Below are positions 25,101 through 37,459 of a DNA stretch of 64,000 nucleotides, in pieces. The translations under genes and the position numbers were made by a program. How positions within the stretch are numbered: the first letter of the stretch is position 1; the number at the start of each line of letters is the position of its first letter. The DNA is from a virus. Lineage: Duplodnaviria; Caudoviricetes. The notes under the pieces were generated by a model. It saw only the letters and a list, made by a program, of their open reading frames with translations. It was not told the DNA's origin and did not search any database. Location of the stretch: the IMG/VR virus record IMGVR_UViG_3300035517_000383, positions 88,103 through 152,102 of that record, one strand, 5' to 3'.

Positions 25101-28100
25101 CCTAACGGTGCTTGGATGCTGATTGTCCAATCCTAATAATTTTCAAACTTTCACACTTAAGATTTCTCTTTATGTTGTAGTTTATTAGGCTCTAAGGAGT
25201 TTCCAGCAATTCAAATATTATAGCCTTAATTTAAGCTATGAATCTACTTTGCTGCAAGTAGATTATTTAATATGTTTTTTCCAATAATAATTATGGGTTT
25301 TGTTTCCATTTCTTATTGCCCGTCTTATAAGTGCAGGCTAGCATTTCATTTCTTTTGCCGCCGCAGCAATAGATGGAAAAATTTTAATGATATTTCCCTC
25401 AATATCAATTTGTTCTACAGGTATCATATTTCTGTGACCATTATTCATTGCGTTATTCATATTTTCTGAATGAGAAATGTCTCTTAAATTTGTATAATGA
25501 TTATTCAATTTATTACCATCTATATGGTCTATTTCATTAAAAATTATATTATTAACAAAAGCTTTGTAGACTAAAATATGAGCAGGAATTGTTTTCAATT
25601 CATTATTAATATAAATCGAATAACGTAAGTACCCATCTTTTTTAGGTCTTAGCTTTATTCTTGTATTGGAATTATAAATTTCTCCATTTTCAGAAATATA
25701 ATACTAAGTATTTTCAATCTATCTCCATTGTTTACTGTTTAGTTCTTTCTCTGTAATATATTGTTTAGTAGTATTACTTGTTTTGCGGCCAGCAATATAC
25801 GCTTCTTTTAAGTTTGTAGAAAAATCAACCCATTCTAAATTATTTTTATGATTATTAAGACGATTACCGTCTTTATGATGAACACATGAAAAATTATTAT
25901 CATTACTTAAAAAATATTCTGCAACTAATCTATGAGCTAGTTTATTATAATACTTCCCTTTAATCGTTAACTAATAAGTTCTATAACCTGTTGAATTAAC
26001 ACTCCCTTTTAAATAATGATTTGTTTTTTTGTTAAATAAACGTCCATCATCAAAAATTAGATAGTTTGTTTCCTAATCATTAATTATTATTGTTTTATAC
26101 ATATTATCACCTTCTTATATTTTTCAATAAAGCTCGACTATATAATTTACTATTAGTAATTCTCTTTTAAGTCTGTGAACCTTCACCTTAGCGGTGCTTG
26201 GATGCTGATTATCTATTTTATAGTAACCTATAAATCCAATCATTTTTTAGAACCATCACACTTAAGATTTCTCTTTATGTTGTGGTATAATTGGCTTTAA
26301 GACGTTCCAGCATTTGAAAGAATTGTGTTTTTTTAGGCCGTACACTTCGCCAGCATTTTAACGAGAACCGGCCGCCGTAGTTGCTATCAGTTTTTCCTAT
26401 TATCTTTCAATAATAGCTAGACTATATCATAAGTTAATATTTAATTAACTTCCCACTACTTCGATTTTCTAAAATCTACTCTACTTATAATTTCGATAGT
26501 CGTTGAACGGTTTATTTACTATAGTAAATAAGTTCGCTGCGGATTGTCCAAAATAACACGATATTACCATACCTTAGTCATTACCTTCGCCGCAACTCTT
26601 AGAATTGTTTGGTTGTGTTATTTTTAAGGAGATTCCCGCAATTCAATGGGTTACGTTACCTAGCTTTATTATTTTTTATTTAAGAATTCATCATATTCTG
26701 CTTTTGAAATTTCCCTCCAATAATAACCGTGACTAATGCCGCCAGTTTTCATTGCACGAGAGAGATTCGAGCAATTGTTTAATCCAAGACTTCTTGCAGC
26801 TTCTGAGGTACTAGGAAAAACTTGAATTAAATTCATCTCTAAATCATATTGTCCAGTCAGTTTTGTTTGTTTTGTTTTTGTTTGATAATAACTTTTTATA
26901 ACATTCTCTCTTTGAGAAACATTCTCTAAATTACTTAATCTATTATTGCCTCTGTTAGAATCAATATGATTAATAACATTGATTTTTTCATCTGGGTGGA
27001 AAACCATATAAACAGCTCTATGAGCTTGAATTTCTTGTCGATTTCCATCTAAATCGTTATATGTCCACCTAATATAACCACTATTTTTATTCCTACTACC
27101 AAAAGTTATCTTTCCAGTCTGTAAATTTTTAATTCTACCCATATTGGATACTTCATATTTACTATTTTGTAAAGGTTTCCATTCTTCCTCTTCTAATTCT
27201 TCTGATGTTAATTTCTCAGTTATTTTATGTTCAACTGGATTAATAATTTTATTAAGATTTTCTTCTTGGCTTACCCATTCTAAATTATCTAAGGCATTAT
27301 TTCTTGGACACCCATCTTTATGATGAACAATAGGTTTGTTTTCAGGGTTTGGAATAAATAATCGCGCCATTAATTGATGTTTATAAATGCCTATCGTTTC
27401 TCCGTCAATTTCAAGAGTAAATCTTATATACCCTTGGTTTATTGCACCTTGTGCAATTCTATGCGTATTTTCATTATATAAATCTCCATTCTTAAATAAA
27501 AAATACTGTGTTTCCTTTCCATTAATTATGACTGGTTTTCCTTCAACCATTTTTATATCACTCCTAGCTATAATATTTAGTAAAGATTTTCCTTTACTAA
27601 TAATATTATATCACAAAATATTATTAAAGTCAATATTTTAAAAATGTTTTTCTTGTGATACAAGCATATTTTTAAAAATGGAATGGTATCCGATAACGCT
27701 ATGTATTGCGGTCAAGTGTATTCCATTTAGCACTCAACTCTAAAAATACATCATCTAAGTCTCTAAATTGTCCTGTGGTATCTTTTAATGAAATACCTAC
27801 AGATTTTAACGCAGTATCTACGTCATTATAATCTAAGTCGTCAAATTCTGAATCAGAGGCCGAGACATTTTCCTTTAATTCTGTGAATCTGGCGATTATT
27901 GTTTTCATTCGTTTTATGTTCCTTTATAAAGTCGCAATTTTTATAAAGACCCAATAGGGTTTTCTTTATGTTACCATAAAGACCAGACTATATCTTCATC
28001 TTATTTTTAAAATAAGAGTCTCCCATTTCGAGGTCATTCACTTACCTCTATCGGCATTTCAGCCGTTAGTCTTTGAACCTTTAATTAGGGAATTAGTATA

Positions 28101-31100
28101 ATTTAGTTTCTTATTATATAAATACCAATTATACCTTCCTTTTATTACTTGGCTGCTGATTATCTTGTTGTAGTATAATTATACGATACCATAAGACTTC
28201 CCAGCAATTAAGGAGATTTCAAATATATTTCACAATATATTAGGGTTAATGATTAGCCGTACCAATGTTTTCCTTTTTATTCAGATGGTTCGTTATTCCA
28301 TCCCGTTTATTAAACTGCTATAGGCTTTCCCTATAGAATAGACTATATCTTCTTCCTTTTCTCTAAAAGGAAGTATAATACTTCGGTATCACTTGATACC
28401 TATCAGAGCCAATCCTGATAGTCGTTGGACGTTTTACTTAGAATTCTAAGCAACTTCGCTGCGAGTTATCCAATCTCTTACTTTTTTACTTTACCAAGCT
28501 GATTAGACTTGCCGCCGCCCTATCACTAAGGCGGTTTAGTAGTAAAAGCTCTAAGGATTTTCTCGTCAATTCATTATATTCTACTATAATAATTGCTTAT
28601 TATAGACCCCGACTTAAAAATAAGTTATTGAATATTTTTTCTTCATAGTCGTCTTTTGTTTCCTTCTAATTGATTGTCTTAAAATTCGTGCGTCTATTTC
28701 TGGATATAATTTTGTTAAGTTATTTATTTCATCATAATTAAAATATAATTTAATATTTTCATTTGATAACATATATTGAGTTTGTCTTTCTTTCTCGAAT
28801 TTGTCATCTTTATCTGTGTTAATAATAGGATTTTCGATTATTTTTTCAGCAACAGGACTTTTTCCTTCTCTTTCTGTTGGAAAAAAATGATTATCTGATA
28901 TTAAATCCCACTGCACTTCGATTTCCTTTCCACTTTCAATAAGATAACCGTTAAAAGAGTACTTTTCTATTTTATTAGTAGCCTCTTTATAATGACCATT
29001 TAATTCTGCTTTAACTTCATCTATTTTTATATATTTAGTTTTATATGAAGTTTTGTTTTTATAGTTTAAAATCCAATTTAAGGCATCTGTCGAGATAGGA
29101 TATTCTTCATACCAGAAAATACAATCCTTGTGTGTTACTCTTTGACCAGAAAGAACATTAAAGATACATCCTCTTGAAAAATTATTATCCTTGCAGAATT
29201 GTGTTAAATTATTAAAAACTTTTGTTATATTTTTCTTTAAATCATAGCAAACAATATTTTTTAAATTTACACCTCTTAAATTATTCTCATTATAGTAATT
29301 TGATTGGTCACTGTTTGATGTCGCCAAATTTTTATTATAAAAATGAGGATTTGGAATTTTATAATATTCCAAATAGTATTTTTCAAGCCATGATAATTCA
29401 TTCCCATCCTTAGCGGCGGCCAAATAATGAACAGAAAAATTTTCTCTACCAAATTTTTTGAAAGCTTTTTGCAATTCTACTCCACTACCCTTATAACCAT
29501 GCCAATAGAATAGCTAATTAGAATTTACTTTTCCAATATACATCATTCCATTAATTTCATTTCTTACATAATAAATATAACCATAATCCATTTTATTTTT
29601 GCCTCCTGTAGTTTTAATCTGCGGTTTATCCGCTCACAGGATAAGTAAAAATAGAAAAATCCACATCTAATACTTTGAAACCAAAAACGAATCAAATTCT
29701 TATTTTTATAGACAAGGGGCCTCCTACGTTGTCTCAATCATTTGTGTTAAGAACGCAGAAGTTGTTTCAAAGCTCATACCTGCCGAGTTAGCAATCGCTT
29801 ATAAAAATGTCTATTTTAGACATTTAGACTATATCTTTTTCAAATATCACTTCGGAATATTTATCCCTACTCTCTGTCGAGATAGTCGTTGAGCTTTAGT
29901 TTAAGATAATTATTTAAATTCTTTATTTCCCAATAAGGAACTTCAATTAAAGGTATATTGTTAGCTAGACAATATTCTCTTTTTATAGTATCTCTTCTTT
30001 TCTAATCTTCTATTGTGCCTAAATAAGCATCATTTACCGTATAATAATGTTGTTGTCCTTGAACTTCAATTAAAATTTCTTTTTTATCTTTTGTAAAAAC
30101 ACAAAAATCAAAACTAAAAGATTTTAAATCTTCATATCTTTTTTGAAAAACAAAATCATATCCATTGTTAATTAAAAAATTTCTTACTTTCTATTCTAAT
30201 AGTGACATTTTAGAATAGCATTTTGGACAACCTCTTCCAAGTTCAGAAATCCTTTTAGAAAAAACAAAACCACAATTATGTTTTATTAAAGATTTATTAT
30301 TTGTTCCAGTAAACTATAGTAATTCATATTCATTATTTCCAACTTGATTTAAAAATTCTTGACCCTGTTTAAAATCGAATTTATTATAGACTTTAAAACA
30401 ATTGGGACATATTTTACCATCAAAATTTCCTCGAACTTTTTTTTCAAAAATATGGCCGCATCTTTTACATTTAAATTTAGAATAGTCATTAGTACCTTTC
30501 CATTCTAACAATTCAAGATAACCTTTTTTCAGTTCTTTTTGTATATGATTATAGATTTTGTTTTTATCTTTTTCACAGTTACTACAAAAAAATTCCTTCC
30601 GTCCTATTATTACAGCTTCAATATTATTAATTATTTCAATCTTGCCGCACTTATTGCATTTAATTTTACAGGACTTTCTCAATCCTTGATAGTTTAATAA
30701 AACAAAATCTGAATTTGGAAATAACAATTCTAATCGTTCTTGTAATCTCTCCTTATTCCATCTTGAATATGGTTTATAGCATTTAGAACATAATGTTATT
30801 TTAGTTAATAAATTTCTTGCATTTTTATAATTATAAATTTCACCACATTCTATACATTTATATTTGATAGAAGATTTTTCACCATTAAATTCTAAAATTT
30901 CTATTTTATTTTTATTAAATACTCTTTTTAATGTTTCTACAAAATCATACATATTTTTTCTCCTTTTATCTTAAACTCTTAGCTGCTGATTATTCATTAT
31001 TTAGTACTTAGGTTAGCAATTCCATATACCATACTATTACTTTTTTCTACTTTCGTAACCATTATGGTGTAATAGTCATTAGAATGTTCCAGCAATTCAA

Positions 31101-32826
31101 TATTTTAAACGCCGATTGACGCTGTTTTACTCATAGCATAAGCAATATCTTCAACACTAGCAGCGGCATTAGCAGCAAGCTCAGAGTAAACATCTGTTAC
31201 GTGAGAGCCTTCTTCCATTTCTAATTTAAACCCGCGCAAGGCCGCCGTCATTTCAGAAGTGGCTGTACTAAAATCTAGACCAGCCAAAGTAGCAAGTTTC
31301 ATTGTGTCTTCTGTAAGTGATAAAGCTTCATTTGTATCAAGGCCTTGTTGGTAGAATAAAGCAGAAGCTTCAATAACGCTTTTAGTTTCCTGTCCTAAAT
31401 TTTTTGCCATATCGGCATAATCACTATAACTATCCCACATTTCTGATACAGAATAATCAGTAACCATTGCAATGGATGCAAAAGCACTATCTAATTCTTT
31501 TACGTCCTAAAATGTTTCTTGTATAGCTTGTTTTACTAGTCTCCATGCAGACCCAATTGAAAGTATTTGTTTTACAGTGTTTTGTAAATTACTAAATGCG
31601 TTGTTAACATTTTCCTAAGCTTCTGCCCATTCTAAGTTTGCCTAAACTGTGTCATGTGCGGCACCTCTAACGTTTTCCTGAGCCTCTACATTTCTGTCTA
31701 GTTGCTAATTAAAGTTCTCAACATTCTATCCAGCTAATGCCATTGCAGAGGACAAAGTACTTTCCAATTGTTGTGTAATCTATTCAACTTGTTGTAAATT
31801 CTAAGTTAAAGACTAAACATCACTATTATTAACGAGATTTTGTCCTGCTTCACTTAGTTCAAATTCACCTTGTGCATTACTTTGGCCAAGAACCATTGAA
31901 TTTCTTGCTCTAGTAATTTGTCCTTTAATACCACTTTCTGTTGCAGCATTAGTCATTGCATTTAAATCTCTAGTAAAGTCCTCTTGGAGTTCATCTGTAC
32001 TTGTAATAGCAACTCCATATTTTTTCATTTCTGCTTGTAGTCTTGCAACAGCATCAGCCGCAGTTTTGCCGCTATTTCCAATTTCTTTTAATACCTTAGA
32101 ATACTCTTCTGTTAATGCAGACTAAACATTGGATGCTTCTACCGTCCTATTAGCAGTTACTCCAGTACCACTTCTTAAGTCTGTTCCTCCGTGAGTACCC
32201 CTTCTGTCAGTTGCGGCATAAGTATATTTATTAGCATCAACAGTTACATTCTCTGCGTATGATTGAGCATTTGCACTTTTAGCAACTTGTTTACCAATGC
32301 TTTTTCTTGCGGCTTCTTCTTTTGCTTGACCGACCTTTTTAATTGCTGCTTCAAGCTGTTCTTGATTTTTAATTTCACCAGTAATAGATTTAATTTCTTT
32401 ATCGTTTAGTTTTAAACTTTTAGCTTGTTCAGTCAAACTATCTTTAGCTGTCTTAACTAAATCTTCTTGTTTACTGTTTAGATTGTCAAGCTAGGTTCTA
32501 TATTTCTGAACCTCAGCGGCATTTACATTGAAATTACCAGCTTGATTAACTTGTCTTAATCCAACCTAAATTTTAGCAATAACTGTATCAAGTTTATCAA
32601 ATTGTTTACCAAAATTTTGCACGTCTTTGCTTCCAGAAAATCCTTTTTGTACATGAGCAAGAAGTTCTTGCACCATTTTATCTGCCGAAGCAATATCTTT
32701 ATCTACTTGAGTAAACATACTATTCTATGCGCCAGCCTATGACATAGCCTGACGAACTTGTTTTAAGGCATTAAGTATATTACTAACATCTAAATTACCT
32801 TTTATAGTATAATTTCTATCTGCCAA
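19162..32826 (-). CDS. tail tape measure protein, about 2624 aa, 7 exons (32826-31119, 29797-29715, 28272-28256, 27909-27693, 26387-26361, 25254-25234, 24963-19162)
   Basis: TTG start with GAGGTG RBS. Spliced core reads AMSKTA/SIANSAGMSFETTSAFLTQMIETT*EAP/ENIGTA/MKTIIARF...LDRNT*RY/IATTAAGSR/QQSRFIA/LMEDYDRT. Exon sum 7875 nt is a multiple of 3. C-terminal YKTGGLVDYTGPAWVDG motif. Confidence 0.85.
24964..25233 (-). mobile_element. group I intron TMP-I6, ORF-less (270 nt)
   Basis: U|...G boundaries, P1 AUAGCU/GGCUAU, AAUUGCUGGAA and AAUCAGCA core elements. Confidence 0.8.
25255..26360 (-). mobile_element. group I intron TMP-I5 with HNH gene near its 3' end
   Basis: Core UGCUGGAA, AAUCAGCA, CAGACU, AUAUAGUC; boundaries restore GSR/QQS. 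Confidence 0.8.
25263..26102 (-). CDS. double-HNH homing endonuclease (279 aa, several TAG)
   Basis: HRLVAEYF..VHHKDGNRLNN, HILVYKAF..IDHIDGNKLNN, C-terminal F.SIAAAAK (NUMOD1-like). Confidence 0.8.
26669..27550 (-). CDS. double-HNH homing endonuclease (293 aa, no TAG)
   Basis: VHHKDGCPRNN..NLEW, INHIDSNRGNN..NLE, FPSTSEAAR. Confidence 0.88.
   Translation of the reverse strand: MVEGKPVIINGKETQYFLFKNGDLYNENTHRIAQGAINQGYIRFTLEIDGETIGIYKHQLMARLFIPNPENKPIVHHKDGCPRNNALDNLEWVSQEENLNKIINPVEHKITEKLTSEELEEEEWKPLQNSKYEVSNMGRIKNLQTGKITFGSRNKNSGYIRWTYNDLDGNRQEIQAHRAVYMVFHPDEKINVINHIDSNRGNNRLSNLENVSQRENVIKSYYQTKTKQTKLTGQYDLEMNLIQVFPSTSEAARSLGLNNCSNLSRAMKTGGISHGYYWREISKAEYDEFLNKK
27605..27633 (-). promoter_or_regulatory. 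intron-internal sigmaA-type promoter for the HNH gene
   Basis: TTGACT-17 nt-TATAAT with TG extension, followed by a hairpin and AGGAG RBS. Confidence 0.8.
27910..28255 (-). mobile_element. group I intron TMP-I3, ORF-less (346 nt)
   Basis: AAUUGCUGGG, AAUCAGCAG, AAAGACUA, AAGAUAUAGUC; ends ...AAAACG. Confidence 0.8.
28273..29714 (-). mobile_element. group I intron TMP-I2 with GIY-YIG gene upstream of the core
   Basis: Core at about 28300-28570 (CAACGACUA, AAGAUAUAGUC); boundaries restore EAP/ENIG. Confidence 0.78.
28614..29591 (-). CDS. GIY-YIG homing endonuclease (325 aa, 1 TAG)
   Basis: GGAGG RBS; MDYGYIYYVRNEINGMMYIGK..YKGSG..E..Y..FYN. Confidence 0.85.
29798..31118 (-). mobile_element. 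group I intron TMP-I1 with endonuclease gene
   Basis: P1 and P10 (CAAUCG pairs with exon CGAUUG), AAUUGCUGGAA, CAACGACUA, AAGAUAUAGUC. Confidence 0.82.
29861..30952 (-). CDS. Zn-ribbon repeat + Vsr/DUF559-like PD-(D/E)XK homing endonuclease (363 aa, 4 TAG)
   Basis: Repeated CxxC pairs, then FSFDF..LIEVQGQQHY..*KRRDTIKREYC..LIEVPYW. Confidence 0.8.
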
Positions 32827-32840
32827 ATTAACTCACCTCA

Positions 32841-34604
32841 TTATATTGATAAAGCTGAAATAGAAATTAATTTTAAAATGTTCTCGATTTCAGTTTCTTT
32901 TATTTTATGAATTTTTTTTGTACTCTATCCCACGACATTATTTCTTCCTGTGTCGTTAATTTCTTTTACGGTATAAAAATCTCTAATAATATTCGTATTA
33001 TTTAATACTTTTGATTTCTCTAATATATCAGCATATCTCTAAGCTAAAATAGCCGAGGCGGGATAGAAATATCCAGAAATTTTGAATATAGGGCTATATA
33101 AAATGTCCTTTTCTTTTATTTTTTGCAATGCCCTATTTTTCATTCCTTCGTAAGTTGCTGCTCTTATCTGACCCAAATCCGCCTAAGATAAAACTGCATT
33201 TATATATGTTTTATCTTCGTCATATAACTCTATTAAAGAAGTTAATATTTCAATTTGCTATACTGATAATAGCTAAACAGCTTCTTTAATTGATAAATTA
33301 TCTATATTTAAATTTTTAGTTGAATATAGTCCTGTATTTATGCCTTTAGTCTTTCCTGTAATATTTATCAAATTAAACTCTTTATCCTATATTCCGTAAT
33401 AATGACCCTTTATCTTTATTATTTCATCAACACCAGATTTAGCTTTCCCCATAACTGTTGGATTGAGTGAGCGTTCTCCAACACTAGTTGTTTTAATTCC
33501 GACAATTTTGTTTATATAAGTAGTTAATATTTCTCCATAATCACCTTTGAATGCTCTACTTATATAACCCTTATTTTCTTTGTTTGAAACATAAGTAATT
33601 TTTACAAGTTCATATCCTGATGCAATTAATTTTTTATGCATTTTTTGCCAATATTCTTTGTTATTTAATATTTTTTCTAATTTGCCTATTAATTTCTTAC
33701 TTCTGCTAAGTTTTGATTTTACGGCGCGTAAATATTCCTATTGAATTGGAATAACCACATATTTTTTAAACATCTCATAATTTTTTGAAAATTCATCTAT
33801 CTACTTTTTATAATCTTCGGTATCTAAAGACTATGTTTTATTGTTTTTTTTATTCTATTTGTTATCACATATATTTTTTATTGCTGTTCCAGTGGCTTCT
33901 CTTAATGCTTCATTCAATTTTTTACCGAATTCTTCAAAATTATTAGCATTAATTGGAGTAGTTTGGAGATTATTTTCTAATTGTGTATTGAGTGACTAAA
34001 TTTCTTTCATATTTTTATTTAAATTTACAATATCATCGTTTGTTATATAAAATTCGCCCTATGTAATAGTAAAACCTCCAGCCTTACTAATTAAAAACAA
34101 TAAATACGCAAAATTTTTTTCATTATCAAAGTCGTCTTCATCTACAATTTCTTTGAGTTCCTGTCGAATGCTATCTTTGCTTCCTTTTATTTTTACCTCA
34201 TTGTCTGTATTTAAAAATTTTTCTTCTCTACCAAAATAAAATTGACTAAAATAATTATTAAAATCATTAGCATATTTGTTTGCAACCTGTCTTAATTTAT
34301 TTATATTATTACAATAATCAACCGATGGTTTTTTAAAATTACAATCGGGATTGTCTTTTTTAATATCCTCAATTAATGTTTTCTCTACATTTAACAAAGT
34401 ATTTAAAGGAATTTTTATTAATTCTTCCTTGTCGTTAAAATTTGTATTGCTTTTTTCTTGATGCAAGGCCTCGTTTGTAAGATTTTTTTCATATTTAAGA
34501 GTTTTATCACATTTTAAAAAATTATCAAATTTTTCTTTGTTTTTTATATAAAAACCGTATGGTTCGGAAGATTCTTCTATTTGTCCGAAATTATAAATAT
34601 TCAT
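32841..34604 (-). CDS. hypothetical protein (587 aa, multiple TAG)
   Basis: GGAGGTG RBS, ATG 34604. Fragments 34059-34604 and 33387-33641 are in one frame. Confidence 0.6.
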
Positions 34605-34623
34605 TTTTCTCACCTCCAAAAAT

Positions 34624-34650
34624 AAAAATGAGCGACCTTTGCCGCTCCTT
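34624..34650 (-). terminator. intrinsic terminator
   Basis: GAGCGGC-AAAG-GTCGCTC followed by ATTTTT. Confidence 0.7.
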
Positions 34651-35551
34651 AAATATAATCTCCAGTTAATTCCGTATCTAAAAAAGTTATATATGCTATA
34701 GTCTACCCCTCTCTCCTTCTATTTTCATCTGGATAACCAGTAAAATAGAAATCACTAACAGTAGACATATCATAACTTTTTCCCAATTTCACTGATAAAC
34801 TCGAAGATAATTTAATTTTTGGCATCTCCAATATCGCAGTGGTCACTTCTCCACTCTTTTCATCCTTTACACTCATTTTCCCATTTAATCTGAGAAAACC
34901 ATTAAAAAGTCGGTTTCCGACTTCAATTACCTTAATCTTATCTTCATAAGTAAAAGTATAATCGACCAAAACATTTCTATATTGCTCTTGAAAGAAAATT
35001 CGATTTTGATAAATTTCAAAATCTCTAATTCGCAGACCCGTATCTGCATCGTAACAGAAAATCCATTTTGTCTTTGAAGGCAGCAATGGTTTCAGCATCA
35101 ACTCTGGTCTACGTCCCATTGGCAATGGTTCATTATATGGATTAGGTTGTGCGCCAATCTTACAATCGCAATTATTTGGTCTATATTTCAAATCAACATA
35201 GCAATAGTTACCATCATCTATTGTATGCAAAGTCTCATAATACTATACCGATTTGATATTCGGTTCCTTTAACTATGAGTTACTTAGTAATGCCCAACTT
35301 GTAGGAGATAATACTCCATGAGTAATAGCAAAACTAGCTTCTCTATCAATTTCCCAATTTACTAATGCCGGATTATGATAGCCACCACTTGCTTGTACAG
35401 TTCTCTTTTGTTCTTGGAACTATGCAATCTCAGCGGTAGAAAAAGATAATATCGTTTCATTAATATCATATTTTCGTTCACCAATTTCAAGTGGATTATT
35501 TAGCCTTAGAGTAACGTCATAAAGTTCTTTCATACCAGCAAAATTCTCCAT
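34649..35551 (-). CDS. divergent tail-tube-like protein (300 aa, 4 TAG)
   Basis: FAGMKELYDV..ASGG..NPALVNWE..LEMPKIKLSSSLS echoes the motifs of the four upstream paralogs. Confidence 0.6.
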
Positions 35552-35611
35552 TAGATATTTCACCTCCTTTTACTCCTTCTTTTAATAAAGTAAAGATTGT
35601 TAGTTTCTAGT

Positions 35612-35649
35612 ATAAAAAAATAAGACGACCTTGCGGCCGCCTTAAAAAA
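35612..35649 (-). terminator. intrinsic terminator
   Basis: TAAGGCGGCC-GCAA-GGTCGTCTTA followed by a T tract. Confidence 0.75.
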
Positions 35650-37047
35650 TTAATAAATTTCTGGATTGTCGATTCCAGTTGTCTCTGCAATTTCGATTTG
35701 TGTAGGTGTATATGTATAACGAGATTTCTGTGGTACAACTCTTGTGCCGCCATGTACGTTATCATCATCTACATCAAACTGTTTCAATTCAATCATAATA
35801 TCATTTGGAGGAGTTAGAACATCAATGCTCATACTAAAAGTTGTTGGGTCGCCCTCTGCTTCTAATGTTAAGCTTGTATCTGATGATACTTGTGCTCTAT
35901 GGATTGTGAATTGATAACGCTGGTCTTTACCTGTTTTCTGGTCACGAATATAGGTTTCACCAACAATTTTATAAGTCTCAGGGAATGTTTCTGCATCAAT
36001 TACCAATGTTTTTCCAAGAATACCATCATCAGTACCCTCCTTGCGTTTTACAGTACGTGACCACTTATAATAAATAGTACCAATTTTAAGTTTAAAAGTA
36101 TCGGAATCAGTTACTCTATCAAAGTTCTTATCATAGTGTTCGTCTGAATCATTGTCCCAACCTTGAATGAAACCTTCGTCAGAAACACTAAGTAAAGGAA
36201 GCATTGTCTTTGCATCATAATAGATTACATAAGAAGAAGTTTGGTCATCACGATAGTATTTAAGTAAATTCTCTTTCTGCTCTTTTGTACTGATAGTAAG
36301 TCCATTTCTATCTTTCACAATGCACTTTTCCATTCTATCAATTACCTCTAAATCATACATTTCAGTTTCAATTGTGCCAAGTTTATTTAACTCATTAATG
36401 TAAGTTAAAATCTTATCACAAACTACCTGTGGCATAGCCTATTGAGAATTTCTTTCTTCTTCATCTGTTGGTATCATTGCTTTTGCATATTCTTCATTAG
36501 AAAGCCAAATTCTTTTAAAATAACCTTTTCTTAATCGTGTTCTTGCTTCTTCAATTTGCGGCTCATCTTCATTATAATTATTCTTCCAGTAAATTGTACT
36601 GTTGCCACCAGTTGAAATGTTTTCTTCGGTTGCGGCCTTAAAAATAATTTCCCATTCTTCATCAGTTAAAGCTGGGGAAGGATAAGCTTTTGTAGAATAA
36701 TGTAACTTTCCATATTTGTTAGCCATATTAATTTTAACAATTGCAGACGTATAAGGAGAAAGCTTGGCTTGAAGTTCTCCGCCCCAAATCATGCTCATAG
36801 AAGCAGGAGAAAACAAAGCATCTTCAAGAGACAAGGTGATTTCCTTACCAAAATTCCAAGTAATTAATTTTTTGTTACCTTTACCACCCTCAGCACTAAC
36901 TTTCTCTGCCGATTTTTCTATTGTAGAAACCTTTAAAGTATCAAGAAGAAGGACTGGTGTATAGAATTCTTCGTCGCCCACTGTCGTAATACTGTAAAAA
37001 ACTACGTCAGCCACTTCTTTAATACCATATTTTTGGAATAAGTTCAT
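35650..37047 (-). CDS. tail-tube-like paralog 4 (465 aa, 1 TAG)
   Basis: MNLFQKYGIKEVADV...FPETYKIVGETY...TLEAEGDPTTF; two track ORFs joined at TAG 36439. Confidence 0.75.
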
Positions 37048-37060
37048 TTAATTCACCTCT

Positions 37061-37459
37061 TTAATTTGTTTCTTTTATCTACAAAATAATTTCATCATCA
37101 GAAGTATTTATTACTATGTTCTCTGGTGAAATTATTTTAGATGTAGATTTAATTTGTAATTCTCTTTGCTATCCCGTAGGCTCACTCTTTACACCATCAA
37201 CTAAATAATATTCAATTTGCGGCTAGTAAACTTTATAATAAAGTTTTACTACTAAATTTGATTCATCAATTAAACTATTATTACTTACTGTAATAGATGT
37301 AATATTAGATATTGGATTAGCCTCGTTATCATCTAAATAATACACCTGATTATCTTCAGGACTTACGATTTCTATCTTTGTATATGTATTATATTGCTTA
37401 CCTTCGTTATACCAAGATTTTGTTATTACTGGAATATGTTCTGGAGTATCATCACTCAG
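37061..37459 (-). other. 132-codon open frame without a canonical start, overlapping the stop of paralog 3
   Basis: Open (3 TAG) from CTG 37459 to TAA 37061; fills the gap between genes. Confidence 0.5.

Larger units (their letters stand above)
26388..27692 (-). mobile_element. group I intron TMP-I4 with HNH gene in the P1 loop
   Basis: Exon CGUUAU pairs with IGS GUAACG located after the ORF (about 26654-26659). CAACGACUA and AUAUAGUC P7 elements. Confidence 0.8.

Noticed and set aside
37456-37458. TGA reassignment or read-through
   Set aside because: Reading through this TGA meets TAA after 9 codons, and TGA ends several other genes normally (5794, 7668, 46037).
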